Virus record (IMG/VR): IMGVR_UViG_3300025889_000083
Coordinates: 40,149-104,148 of that record
Source of the DNA: a virus
Reading direction: 5' to 3' (one strand)
Length of the DNA: 64,000 bases
The translations under genes were made by a program, and so were the position numbers. The notes beneath the pieces were generated by a model. The model was not told the DNA's origin. It saw nothing but the letters and a program-made list of their open reading frames with translations, and made no database searches. This document shows positions 30,782 to 39,755 of the stretch, in pieces (the first letter of the stretch is position 1; every line of letters begins with the position of its first letter).

Positions 30782-30810
30782 ATTATATATTAAAATCGGT
30801 TGAAAGTCAA
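30782..30810 (-). promoter_or_regulatory. sigma70-type late promoter for head/tail operon
   Basis: TTGACT-N17-TATAAT preceded by AAAAAATAGTTC. Confidence 0.8.
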
Positions 30811-30833
30811 GAACTATTTTTTGGAGGTGTAAA

Positions 30834-32132
30834 TTAGAAGGATGTAACGCTTGTCTCAAACGAATAGAGCGCATAGCGAAGCGCATCAGCCATGTGAGAG
30901 GCATGAGTGTGCTTAGGTTTTTCTTTGAGAAGATTTGGATTTGGATCCCACTGATATTGATCTAAACAGATTAGAGTTTCTTTGCATCTTTGATCTACTA
31001 TTAGTTTATCATTGTCTACAATTCCTGAAACATGTCCAATTCCATCAAGTACTGATTTTTTCGCATTAATAGTAGAAATGTCATAATTTTGAGCAAAATC
31101 AAATCGAGTTTGTTGAGCTGCAGAATCTATATAAATATAGTCAATATCCCACTTTTCAATCATCTTTCGTATCTCTGCAGCATGTTGCTCAGTAGTACGC
31201 TCACTATCTAAGTATTCATCTAAGAGATAGTATTTATCCTTATCCCAATCATATCCAATTACACAAAATGCAGTAGGATCTTTGTAACCTACGTCCATTC
31301 CTGCAAAGATATCCATTTTACTGGTATCAAGTTCAGCTAGATCTTGTTGACATTCAGCAAAGTTAAACTTCCAAACCTGTCCTTCATAGACATTGAAGTC
31401 AGCCATATACTCTTGTGAAAATTCTGCTTCAGACATAGTTTTTCTTGCCTCTGCTATATCATCTTCAGAGAGTCTTGGATTTTCGTGATAAGTAGCTTTT
31501 ACACTACACCACTCTGGAAATTCATTTGAGAAACCTCTATACCAAAATTCAGCAAACCAGTTATTTCTACCACGAGGTGTAGATATAAAAAGTGCTTTAG
31601 AATTGTCTTTATCGAGTGTAGGACGAAGTGCTACATTAAAAGCATCTCTGCCGTCTACAAGTGCTGCTTCGTCAAATATAATTAGATCGTAAGACCGACC
31701 CACGACAGAATCCACTTGGTTGACAGATCCCATCCTGATTGTGGAATGATTTGAGAGTTCGATAACTTTGTCTTTGGCATTGTCTCTGAGCACTTCGAGA
31801 TCAAAGTGTTTGATAAGATTACGTTGGAGATCAAAAGAGATTTGAGAGAGTGCATAGTTTGGTGACATGAGTAATACATTGCAGTTTGGTACCAGTGTGA
31901 CTAATTGCCCTATAATGTTGGCAATATATGTTTTTCCTTGACGACGTGAGACAGCAGCAACTACAAATCTATACTTAGGATTGTTAATTGCATTGATAAT
32001 TGCATGTTGAGAAGAATTTGGTTGAATACCAAGTAACTCCATATAGGAGTCTATCGGAAGTTTTATGAAACGATTCTCTTTAAATTCCATTAAGGAATCA
32101 GAGAGAATGTCTTTTCTTGAAATTTCTAACAT
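30834..32132 (-). CDS. terL: terminase large subunit (T5-like)
   Basis: Walker A SRRQGKT; Walker B IIFDEAA; FISTPRG; nuclease GMDVGY...HMADALRYA. Confidence 0.95.
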   Translation of the reverse strand: MLEISRKDILSDSLMEFKENRFIKLPIDSYMELLGIQPNSSQHAIINAINNPKYRFVVAAVSRRQGKTYIANIIGQLVTLVPNCNVLLMSPNYALSQISFDLQRNLIKHFDLEVLRDNAKDKVIELSNHSTIRMGSVNQVDSVVGRSYDLIIFDEAALVDGRDAFNVALRPTLDKDNSKALFISTPRGRNNWFAEFWYRGFSNEFPEWCSVKATYHENPRLSEDDIAEARKTMSEAEFSQEYMADFNVYEGQVWKFNFAECQQDLAELDTSKMDIFAGMDVGYKDPTAFCVIGYDWDKDKYYLLDEYLDSERTTEQHAAEIRKMIEKWDIDYIYIDSAAQQTRFDFAQNYDISTINAKKSVLDGIGHVSGIVDNDKLIVDQRCKETLICLDQYQWDPNPNLLKEKPKHTHASHMADALRYALYSFETSVTSF

Positions 32133-32354
32133 CTAGTGCAGTGTCTCAGAGTGTTCGTCATCTAATTCAAATATGTCCTTATCTATTGTGAAATTATGTA
32201 AGTAAAGAAACGCAGCAGATACTTTTAAAAAGAGTTCTTCAACTTCAGTAAGCTTTCTTACTTTTGTTATTTTCTCTAATTTAGTAGCAAGATCTGCGGC
32301 ATGCAGAAATTGCTCATCTAACCATAATTTTCTTGTATCTGCTACTGTTTGCAT
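32133..32354 (-). CDS. hypothetical protein
   Basis: Coupled to neighbours on both sides. Confidence 0.55.
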   Translation of the reverse strand: MQTVADTRKLWLDEQFLHAADLATKLEKITKVRKLTEVEELFLKVSAAFLYLHNFTIDKDIFELDDEHSETLH

Positions 32355-32698
32355 TAGCGTTTCCTACGTTTAATTCCTCGAACATATTTTTGGGATTTAG
32401 GTGGTGCTTTCTTTTTACCACCTTTACCCGCCCATAAAAATTTATTAGCCCAGTATGCGGGGGAAGCTTTTCCTCTAGCAATATTCTTACGATGTCTTGC
32501 TTTAAAAGACTTTCTAGCTTCTGGGCTATAGTTGTGACCCATCCCCTGTGCCCCAAATCTTATGACTTTTAATTTACCGTTTACCTTTGTGGCTACGACG
32601 GCTTTTTTTGTCTTGTGACTTGGAGTCATTTTTGGCTTGTTTAAGCCTTTCAGACCTGCTCTTCTCAGTCTTGCTTTTTCGCTTATTGTTAGTGCCAT
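32354..32698 (-). CDS. small highly basic protein
   Basis: K/R-rich; KVIRFGAQGM...RKSFKARH...SPAYWA motif recurrent in aquatic viruses. Confidence 0.7.
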   Translation of the reverse strand: MALTISEKARLRRAGLKGLNKPKMTPSHKTKKAVVATKVNGKLKVIRFGAQGMGHNYSPEARKSFKARHRKNIARGKASPAYWANKFLWAGKGGKKKAPPKSQKYVRGIKRRKR

Positions 32699-32770
32699 TT
32701 AAAATACTATTTACGACTTTATTAAGTCGTCCTGATTTCATTAATTCATGAAAATCTTTATGTATAATGT

Positions 32771-33061
32771 TTATCTACGTCTCCTGTTAGGTCTTTTTAC
32801 AAGCACTTTGGAGTGAGCAGTTCTTCCACCTGTAAAAGACGGAGTTCTGGGAGATAAAGTTTTCCCATATCTTGGTCCGATCGCGCTGGGTCTTGCGCTA
32901 TATCGAGCCGCTTCAACACCATATGGATTTTTGGTGTTAACTAGAGTTCCAGCTGCTGCATTCATCTCTCTTGTGATTCCGATTTTAAGCACATGCTTAC
33001 GAATCTTCTGAGTGTTATGTACACCAGTTGGTCCTGATAAAAATGATCCTGTTCTTGCCAT
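32771..33061 (-). CDS. small basic protein
   Basis: AGGAG RBS; R/K/G/P-rich. Confidence 0.6.
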   Translation of the reverse strand: MARTGSFLSGPTGVHNTQKIRKHVLKIGITREMNAAAGTLVNTKNPYGVEAARYSARPSAIGPRYGKTLSPRTPSFTGGRTAHSKVLVKRPNRRRR

Positions 33062-33063
33062 TT

Positions 33064-33249
33064 TTAGCTCCTTGTCAGCCTATTCAGCTGTCTTGACCTC
33101 TCTGGGTCAGTTAATTGTGTGATTTCTTTAACTTGTTTCATCTTTTCTAATCTTGCTCTTTGAGACATGATTAGTAATCCCACAGCTCTTTCGATGCCGT
33201 GTAATCGTGGTGGTATAGTTAGTTTTTCCGCTAGTGTAAGTCCTTTCAT
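33064..33249 (-). CDS. hypothetical protein
   Basis: Strong AAGGAGGAG RBS. Confidence 0.6.
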   Translation of the reverse strand: MKGLTLAEKLTIPPRLHGIERAVGLLIMSQRARLEKMKQVKEITQLTDPERSRQLNRLTRS

Positions 33250-33263
33250 GACTCCTCCTTGTT

Positions 33264-33542
33264 TTAGCGTTTCTTTCTTCCTCTTCTTGCCTTTGTGCGG
33301 ACATATGTAGGTCTGCCACCGATGCCTTGAGGTTTGGCTCGTTTTCTTCTAACGGCGGAACGCTTCTCTGCAGCACTCATTTTTGATGCTACTCTTACTG
33401 GGACGCATTTGGGATACCCCGCACGCTTTGTCCTTGCTTTTGGTCTACCACATGGTTGATATTTGCCTTTCTTTTTAGGTCGGCTTATATCCACCCATTT
33501 TTCTTTAAACCATTTAGTAAGTCCGCCTTGAGGTTTAGCCAT
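33264..33542 (-). CDS. small highly basic protein
   Basis: GGLTKWFKEKWVDI...CGR...YPKCVP motif. Confidence 0.7.
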   Translation of the reverse strand: MAKPQGGLTKWFKEKWVDISRPKKKGKYQPCGRPKARTKRAGYPKCVPVRVASKMSAAEKRSAVRRKRAKPQGIGGRPTYVRTKARRGRKKR

Positions 33543-33774
33543 CTCCTTCTAGTCCATTCGACAAGTAATTTGCCGCTGAGACTACTTCGTACTCTGAGAT
33601 TGCTAATTTATTTGTCCACCATGTTGGTAAGGACTGTTCTGGATCTACGTTGTCAAGAATCATTTGACAGTGTGACATAATTGTTTTACATGCATTAATT
33701 GCTGATGCTCCATCAGTATGTCCATCTTTCTCGACTACTCTAAACTTGCCATCTTTTGTTAGAACTGCTTTCAT
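33535..33774 (-). CDS. hypothetical protein
   Basis: DGHTDG...LPTWWTNKLA; overlapping stop/start. Confidence 0.6.
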   Translation of the reverse strand: MKAVLTKDGKFRVVEKDGHTDGASAINACKTIMSHCQMILDNVDPEQSLPTWWTNKLAISEYEVVSAANYLSNGLEGDG

Positions 33775-33956
33775 TTTCGCTTCCTTGTTCCCATGCGGTA
33801 TCTACCGCCTCTAGCTTTGTATGTTTTAACTAACCATCCGTTTGCATATGCACTCGGATATACCTTAAACTTTCTTTTTGCTTCCGCTTTTACCCTAGCA
33901 TAAAGTGCTGGGTTTGTTGGCACTGGTCTTTTCTTTGCTACTCTTTTACGCGCCAT
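33771..33956 (-). CDS. small highly basic protein
   Basis: Start refined to ATG 33956: MARKRVAKK...NPALYARVKAEAKRKF...PSAYANGWLVKTYKARGG. Confidence 0.7.
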   Translation of the reverse strand: MARKRVAKKRPVPTNPALYARVKAEAKRKFKVYPSAYANGWLVKTYKARGGRYRMGTRKRK

Positions 33957-33957
33957 T

Positions 33958-34713
33958 TTAGTTATTATTAAGCAGTACAATATCAAATGTTGATGATATA
34001 TTTGTACCTGTTGAAGCAATTGCTCTAACTTCAATATCTGTTTTTTCAGGTAAGTTAAATGGTACTTGATATATTCTTTGATGAAGTCCGCCTGGAACAT
34101 CCATAACGTCTCTTGTTCTAAAAATTAAACCATTGCCTATTTCTCTTGTATATAAGCTAGCGGTTATGGCGTCATTATAAGCACCTACTCCTATATTCCA
34201 ATTTGTTAAATAACCTGTTTTTCCAGCAGGTATTGTATAGAATGACAAATTTGTTTGTCCTTGACCATATACTGTACCTGTACCAATTGTTGCAATTGTT
34301 GCCAATACTGTACCAGCACCACTTGCACCTGTTGATATTACCACAGTGCCTTTATTAGTTTGTAATGAACCTGCTGAAGCAACAAAGGCTCTATAAACTC
34401 TTAAAAATGATTTAGTTGAAACTGCACCATCTACTGTAAGTGTTTCTTGAATTTCATTATAGTTGGCATCTAATCCTTGGACTGTAACGGTACGAGCACC
34501 TGTTCCAGATGCACTATCTTGTGCATCAGCTCCAGACACATAAACTGTTGAGGCAACTGTCAAGTAAGTATAAATGCCACCTTGTTCCCATATTGTTTCT
34601 GGAGCACCACCTACATTTGGATTTCTACCAAACTTATGTATAGACGAAGCTTTATTTATATTGCCTCTTGCAATATTAAAATAAGACTCATTTAAAAAAC
34701 TATTTCTTGCCAC
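33958..34713 (-). CDS. putative virion structural protein
   Basis: IHKFGRN; GARTVTVQGLDANY; FLRVYRA; YTIPAGKTGY; EKTDIE. Confidence 0.6.
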   Translation of the reverse strand: MARNSFLNESYFNIARGNINKASSIHKFGRNPNVGGAPETIWEQGGIYTYLTVASTVYVSGADAQDSASGTGARTVTVQGLDANYNEIQETLTVDGAVSTKSFLRVYRAFVASAGSLQTNKGTVVISTGASGAGTVLATIATIGTGTVYGQGQTNLSFYTIPAGKTGYLTNWNIGVGAYNDAITASLYTREIGNGLIFRTRDVMDVPGGLHQRIYQVPFNLPEKTDIEVRAIASTGTNISSTFDIVLLNNN

Positions 34714-34879
34714 GTTTCTTTCCTTTTGGTTTCTTGGTATTTAACTCATACCCACCTTCTACCGCATATAAAAGCCGTACCATTGCTTTAGCACGGCTTT
34801 TACTTTTAGCAGTCGCCTTCTTAGTTAGTTTCTTCCCATTTTTCTTGTAAACAGTGTTTCCTCTAACTACGTATGGCAT
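34700..34879 (-). CDS. small highly basic protein (59 aa)
   Basis: Below ORF-track cutoff: MPYVVRGNTVYKKNGKK...KKPKGKKRGKK. Confidence 0.6.
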   Translation of the reverse strand: MPYVVRGNTVYKKNGKKLTKKATAKSKSRAKAMVRLLYAVEGGYELNTKKPKGKKRGKK

Positions 34880-35056
34880 TTACTTATCCTTAGCTTTCCA
34901 CACATTAAGTGCGCACCAGTCCATAAGCATGTATACTTTTTTCATAAGTCCATCATCAACTGGTGTTGGTGTTACAGCTGCGATAAATGAACAGACAGTT
35001 ACTATTGTCGGGACTACAGCAATAAATGCTCCAATCCATTCGAATAATGCTAACAT
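34880..35056 (-). CDS. small membrane protein (58 aa), possibly holin-like
   Basis: MLALFEWIGAFIAVVPTIVTVCSFIAAVTPTPVDD...ALNVWKAKDK; GGGGAG RBS. Confidence 0.6.
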   Translation of the reverse strand: MLALFEWIGAFIAVVPTIVTVCSFIAAVTPTPVDDGLMKKVYMLMDWCALNVWKAKDK

Positions 35057-35097
35057 ATCATTCTCCCCTAATTGCCACCTTAACGGCGACTCCTTTG

Positions 35098-35562
35098 TTA
35101 CGATGTATAATCGTAAGCATGAACTCCATCTTCCAAAGGTTCGTGTGAATAAATTGCATATTTATACATATTAGTCAACATTGGAAAAGGAGGTTTATAT
35201 AGTCTAGTTAATCTAACTACACTATTATTATCTCTTGTTAAAGAGTAAACTTTTTTGGTTTCAAGATCTACACAAATAAGTGCAGCAAATTTACCATTTG
35301 TATTTTCAAACTGCTCACACTGAGCGTAGTTTGTACAGAAAACTACATAAACATCTTTATAATCAAATGAATATGAGTCTACTGTCCATGTTTCAGTAGC
35401 AAAATCTACTGTTAGTGTTCCTATTTTAGCAAAACAATTTATTGCTTTTTTTCTATCGGCAGGTAATGCTGGAGCAGTATTTCTCCATCTGCGTTTTGTA
35501 TGAGTTCCATCAACATGTATTTTTTGATGGACTTCTTTTGCTATTGAATTAATTGTTCTCAT
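35098..35562 (-). CDS. hypothetical protein
   Basis: 154 aa ORF co-oriented with operon. Confidence 0.55.
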   Translation of the reverse strand: MRTINSIAKEVHQKIHVDGTHTKRRWRNTAPALPADRKKAINCFAKIGTLTVDFATETWTVDSYSFDYKDVYVVFCTNYAQCEQFENTNGKFAALICVDLETKKVYSLTRDNNSVVRLTRLYKPPFPMLTNMYKYAIYSHEPLEDGVHAYDYTS

Positions 35563-35658
35563 TTAGGTCCGTATCTTTTAGTAGTACCTTTTCGTACTTC
35601 TTTCTTCTTGAACAAATTTTTAATCCATTGTATCAGTTTCATATTTCTCCTAAAAGGC

Positions 35659-35738
35659 GGGGGCGGAACGACCCGAATTATATTCCGTGTTATGAATTCA
35701 ATCATACTCTTTTGCTTAGTGTAAGGTCAGTCGCCCCC
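35659..35738 (-). ncRNA. candidate structured RNA element
   Basis: GGGGGCG/CGCCCCC and GACC/GGTC closing stems enclosing two small hairpins; intergenic. Confidence 0.35.
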
Positions 35739-36268
35739 TAAAAATTGGTCACCTCCTCGTAATCCCAGTCAATCATTAGATGAACTCGGTCAGTTGTACC
35801 ATTATTCTGAGTTCCATGTAGCATGCCATGATTACATATTTCCCACATTTCTCCAACTTTCATATTTTGAGTTTCTTTTCCAACTCTAAAAATACAATCA
35901 TCATTTGTTATAATTGGAATATGTATTCTACTTGAATTACTAAAGAAGTCTAATTTATCTACATGCAGATCAATTTGTTTGCCTGCTGGTAATTTAGTCA
36001 ATACACAGGTAAATATTTTTCCTGCTCCCAGTTTCTCGTTAAGAATTGCTGAAAGCTTTTCTAACTCTGGTTTGAATAAATTATAACTAGGATGTTCTTT
36101 TCTTTCTTCTAGTTTTATATCCCAAATTAATGGAATTGTGTATGTATCTTGCATACCGAAACGTTTTTCTTGTCTCTCAGTATACTGGTGCCAGTCTAAA
36201 TAGCTTACCGCTCTTAGAAAGAAACTTATATCAAAGTCTCCCCAATATTTAAACGGTGCGCTAATCAT
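35738..36268 (-). CDS. aspartyl/asparaginyl beta-hydroxylase family 2OG-Fe(II) oxygenase
   Basis: LPAG..I..HVD; RIHIPI.TN; H...N.G..DRVHLMID. Confidence 0.85.
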   Translation of the reverse strand: MISAPFKYWGDFDISFFLRAVSYLDWHQYTERQEKRFGMQDTYTIPLIWDIKLEERKEHPSYNLFKPELEKLSAILNEKLGAGKIFTCVLTKLPAGKQIDLHVDKLDFFSNSSRIHIPIITNDDCIFRVGKETQNMKVGEMWEICNHGMLHGTQNNGTTDRVHLMIDWDYEEVTNF

Positions 36269-36271
36269 TAC

Positions 36272-36331
36272 TTAATAAGAACGTTTTTTCTTGCCTTTCT
36301 TTTTCTTACCCATTGATGAGTGTTTTGGCAT
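36272..36331 (-). CDS. 19-aa basic peptide
   Basis: AGGAGG RBS; MPKHSSMGKKKKGKKKRSY. Confidence 0.5.
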   Translation of the reverse strand: MPKHSSMGKKKKGKKKRSY

Positions 36332-36346
36332 ATTCGTTTCCTCCTA

Positions 36347-36508
36347 CTAAGTCCAACGAGGCGGCTCGTCTGGACACTCTGCCCATCTTACTTTTGTTTT
36401 TAGGGGCATAAAGCAATTGCATATTTTGCAAGTCTTCCAGAACTTTCTGTAGTGTGGGCACTTTTGACAAATCGCTAGGCGTTTATCATGCGGTAATTTC
36501 TTCTTCAA
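36347..36508 (-). CDS. small Cys-rich (metal-binding) protein
   Basis: TTG start with GAGG RBS; RLAICQKC...CKICNCFM..K......CP....W. Confidence 0.65.
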   Translation of the reverse strand: MKKKLPHDKRLAICQKCPHYRKFWKTCKICNCFMPLKTKVRWAECPDEPPRWT

Positions 36509-36998
36509 ATTTTACCTCTAGTATTTTGTTTCCTTTCAACTGGTATAGTATATCTAACCACCATCTTCTATCTCTTTGAAGTGTGTGAAAGTTTGTGCCA
36601 TCTTTAAAATGTTTACGAGCAGGTTTAGTATCTATTCGAAAGAAAACTCCTTTTCTAGCATAACTAAAAATCTCTCGTATTGTTTGTATTGCAGTTGATG
36701 GATGAAGATGCTCCAATACATCTACTGCGATTACAATGTCAAATTTTCCTTTCGGTTTGACATTGTACTTATCGTACCCAGGATCATATAAATATACTTT
36801 TGTTCCCCAGTACTCGTGACATTGATGGTCCCTGTATTGCCATCCTTTGCCACATCCGTAATCTAGTAAAGTCTCCGCTGAAAGTAAGTCTACTAAGTGC
36901 TTAATCTCATCTTTGACTTTGAGTGTAGCGTTTCCGCCCATGCAACCTCTCTCGCTATGGGCGACTCTGTACGCTTCCAGAAGTTCTTCTGGTGTCAT
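36486..36998 (-). CDS. class I SAM-dependent methyltransferase
   Basis: LLDYGCGKG; YDPG; FDIVIAVDVLEHL. Confidence 0.88.
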   Translation of the reverse strand: MTPEELLEAYRVAHSERGCMGGNATLKVKDEIKHLVDLLSAETLLDYGCGKGWQYRDHQCHEYWGTKVYLYDPGYDKYNVKPKGKFDIVIAVDVLEHLHPSTAIQTIREIFSYARKGVFFRIDTKPARKHFKDGTNFHTLQRDRRWWLDILYQLKGNKILEVKFEEEITA

Positions 36999-37177
36999 CT
37001 TAAACTACTAGGTAGTTTAGATCTATGTTTTCTTTGAAGGTTTTTCTTACGAGCAAGTAATAATTTCTCTCTTGGAGAAATTTCTTTGCTTTCTTCGTGT
37101 CCTTCACCTTCGACAACTTCGCCGACTTGAACTTTGCTTGCGGCAGCTTTTAAAGCTTCTTCTATCTTATTTGCCAC
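36995..37177 (-). CDS. hypothetical protein
   Basis: GTG start overlapping upstream stop; basic C-terminus. Confidence 0.5.
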   Translation of the reverse strand: MANKIEEALKAAASKVQVGEVVEGEGHEESKEISPREKLLLARKKNLQRKHRSKLPSSLR

Positions 37178-37352
37178 TAAATTCTTTCGCCTCTTTTTCA
37201 GTTGTAAATATCTCATGACCACCATTCCATTTGACGTGCCAGAGACCTCTTTTTAAGTATAGTTCGTAACCATCTTTGATTACCCATACTGGTTTTACTG
37301 CTTTAGTTTTTGGGCTTGCAGTAATTTCTTTTTTCTCGTACTCTAATTCCAT
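37167..37352 (-). CDS. hypothetical protein
   Basis: Coupled ORF. Confidence 0.5.
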   Translation of the reverse strand: MELEYEKKEITASPKTKAVKPVWVIKDGYELYLKRGLWHVKWNGGHEIFTTEKEAKEFSGK

Positions 37353-37354
37353 AA

Positions 37355-37549
37355 TTACCCTATTGTTATAATTGTCCAGACAGCAAGAGCGCCTGCACTA
37401 ATGATACCACCAGCTGCAGCAATAAGAATATTTTGAATCTTATTTATTTCTGCATCTATATCGTCAAAACGATTAAAAGCCGTGTGCCATCTTTCGGCAC
37501 AGACTGCTTCATGCTTCTCTAAATCTGATGCTACTTTTTCAACGCTCAT
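37355..37549 (-). CDS. small coiled-coil protein with C-terminal TM helix
   Basis: HEAVCAERW motif and hydrophobic C-terminus; start refined to ATG 37549. Confidence 0.6.
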   Translation of the reverse strand: MSVEKVASDLEKHEAVCAERWHTAFNRFDDIDAEINKIQNILIAAAGGIISAGALAVWTIITIG

Positions 37550-37585
37550 TTCTGTTTCCCTGAACTTTTGTATAAATACTATCAA

Positions 37586-37614
37586 ATTATATCAAAAATG
37601 AACTTCAAAGTCAA
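37586..37614 (-). promoter_or_regulatory. sigma70-type promoter for the operon ending in terL
   Basis: TTGACT-N17-TATAAT. Confidence 0.75.
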
Positions 37615-37617
37615 GTA

Positions 37618-39396
37618 TTATTTTCGGATGGTATAGATTTTGATGGGTTCTGTTTTGCCTTTAACAATAACCTCGTCTAAATATTCGTAATCGTAACCAT
37701 CCACTAAACTATACTCAGAGATAATGACTCCGACATCATATTCTTTGCATAAACTTTCTAGACGAGCAGCCAAATTAACGGCGTCCCCAAGGACAGAATA
37801 ATCAAAGCGAGAGGAAGAACCGAAGTTGCCCACCACGCAAGTCCCTGTGTTGATTCCTCCACCTGTGTTAATTTGATCAAGTCCTTCTTGCTCAAGTTGT
37901 TCATTTAACTCCTTTAGAGATTGTTTCATCTCAATAACTGCTTTTGTTGCGTTTTCTACTTGGTTATCATCATCGAGAGGTGCACCCCAAAACGCCATGA
38001 TGCAGTCTCCCATGTATTTGTCTATTGTTCCGCCATGCTTCATAATGATCTTAGTCTGATTGTCTAAAAATCGATTTATGAGAGTAGTAAGTCCTTGCGG
38101 ATTCTTCTGGTATTTTTCAGAGATCGGTGTAAATCCCCTGATATCGCTGAAAAGAAAAGTTAGTTGTTTCGTGACGCCACCCAATTGCAGTAATGATGGG
38201 TCTTCCTGTAATTTTTTCACCAACTCGGGACTCACATACGTCCCAAACTGTCGTTTAATCTGTTGTTTCTGTAAATATGTAGTAAAGAAACTACGGAAAC
38301 TTTCAATCGCCCAGAATAAAAACCAGATCAAAATAAGACCACTTGTGGACAATAAATAAGATGATTCTAAGGCATAAAACATTCCATAGATGGAACCTGC
38401 AATAAGTGTTACTAGGACAGGAATACTAAAATAAATACTACTAACAGCAAACCCCAAAATAAGTAGTCCAATAATTCCTGCCACGATTGTTGCACCGCCA
38501 CTCCAAGTAGGCGTAGAAAGTGCTGTGCCTTGTATAAGATTGTGTAAAGTGTTTGCTTGTATTTCATGTGGATATTTAGGTCCTGCGGGAGTTGGTACTG
38601 GATTATTAACTCCTTCTGCGGTTACTCCAAAGATAACGAATGGTGCAGCTATTGGATTTGCCAAAAACTCTGCTGCAGACTGGCGATAGAACTTAGTGTT
38701 CCAATCCAAAAAGATGCGACCATTCGCATCTGTAATCATATTTGGATAGTTGGGTACTCTAACCCAAGATATGCCTTCTTGTGTTGTTTTTAACTGGTAC
38801 GAAGGATCTCCTACGGCGACTCTTAAGAGTTCCAGAGCGAAACTCGGATACAGTTTTGACTGCACGTTTACTACGAGAGGCATACGCCGTGTTACTCCGT
38901 CTATCTCTGGTGATGCTGTTACTAGCCCGAGACCTGCCGCGTTTGCCGCTAGATTTGACTCGGTACGTAAAATTCCTGGGAATTGATATAGCCATGGTGT
39001 TGGGTCTTCTCCTAATTGAGCTGTTCCCACATGTAGAGAAAGCTCCTCTGACTGTGTAGAAGCTGCTGAGGCTATAACCGTTGGGGTCTGCATCATATTA
39101 GTTGCAAGTACATAGTCATTTCTGAAATCTCGAATATCGGGATCTGGCATAAGAACGCTGATCCCAGCAACATTTGATCTAGCAACTAGATCTGCATAAA
39201 GTGTTCTTGGAAGTGGGTAACCACCATAAGCTTCTACTATTTCTTCATCTAAGTCTACGATCAGTATATTTTCGTTTTGGACAGGATCTCTTGACATTAC
39301 AAGATAGTCCCAAGTTTTGAGTTCTAATAATTTGAATGGAAGTGGATTCCATATAAAGAGTGCTCCAAGAGCAAGTGCGATTCCGAATCTTACCAT
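37618..39396 (-). CDS. CHASE2-domain class III adenylate cyclase
   Basis: ILIVDLDE...YPLPR, DGVTRRMPL (CHASE2); three TM helices; FSDIRGFT, DKYMGDCIM, GDAVNLAARLE. Confidence 0.93.
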   Translation of the reverse strand: MVRFGIALALGALFIWNPLPFKLLELKTWDYLVMSRDPVQNENILIVDLDEEIVEAYGGYPLPRTLYADLVARSNVAGISVLMPDPDIRDFRNDYVLATNMMQTPTVIASAASTQSEELSLHVGTAQLGEDPTPWLYQFPGILRTESNLAANAAGLGLVTASPEIDGVTRRMPLVVNVQSKLYPSFALELLRVAVGDPSYQLKTTQEGISWVRVPNYPNMITDANGRIFLDWNTKFYRQSAAEFLANPIAAPFVIFGVTAEGVNNPVPTPAGPKYPHEIQANTLHNLIQGTALSTPTWSGGATIVAGIIGLLILGFAVSSIYFSIPVLVTLIAGSIYGMFYALESSYLLSTSGLILIWFLFWAIESFRSFFTTYLQKQQIKRQFGTYVSPELVKKLQEDPSLLQLGGVTKQLTFLFSDIRGFTPISEKYQKNPQGLTTLINRFLDNQTKIIMKHGGTIDKYMGDCIMAFWGAPLDDDNQVENATKAVIEMKQSLKELNEQLEQEGLDQINTGGGINTGTCVVGNFGSSSRFDYSVLGDAVNLAARLESLCKEYDVGVIISEYSLVDGYDYEYLDEVIVKGKTEPIKIYTIRK

Positions 39397-39755
39397 GATA
39401 TATTAAAATGTACTCCCATGCTTTCGTGATTTATTACCACGCCCCACTGAACTATATTTGCTGCAATCAGTCCGTATTTTCGATTGTCTCTACTATCATT
39501 AAATTTGTAGAGTACATATGATCCTAATATTTTTTGTGCGAGTATTCGGTCTGGATGTGGACGATTTGAAAATAATGGATTACTTTCCATATATTTTCCA
39601 TTTTTGAAAGCATCTTTTGATTGTTCGTAGTCTATCCAGCTTCCTATATTGTAAGCATAGTATAAGTTTCGTTCTGTTTGTGTCCAATCATTCAGACTGC
39701 CGTAAGATAATAGAGGAACCGCCGCTATTAACCACAATATTAATGTCTTTGCCAT
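39390..39755 (-). CDS. exported protein, possibly outer-membrane associated
   Basis: Signal peptide MAKTLILWLIAAVPLLSYG; ESNPL motif; ends VHFNISW. Confidence 0.55.
   Translation of the reverse strand: MAKTLILWLIAAVPLLSYGSLNDWTQTERNLYYAYNIGSWIDYEQSKDAFKNGKYMESNPLFSNRPHPDRILAQKILGSYVLYKFNDSRDNRKYGLIAANIVQWGVVINHESMGVHFNISW

Noticed and set aside
35655-35740. tRNA or tmRNA gene
   Set aside because: No TTCRA T-loop or CCA end; I found no convincing tRNA in the window
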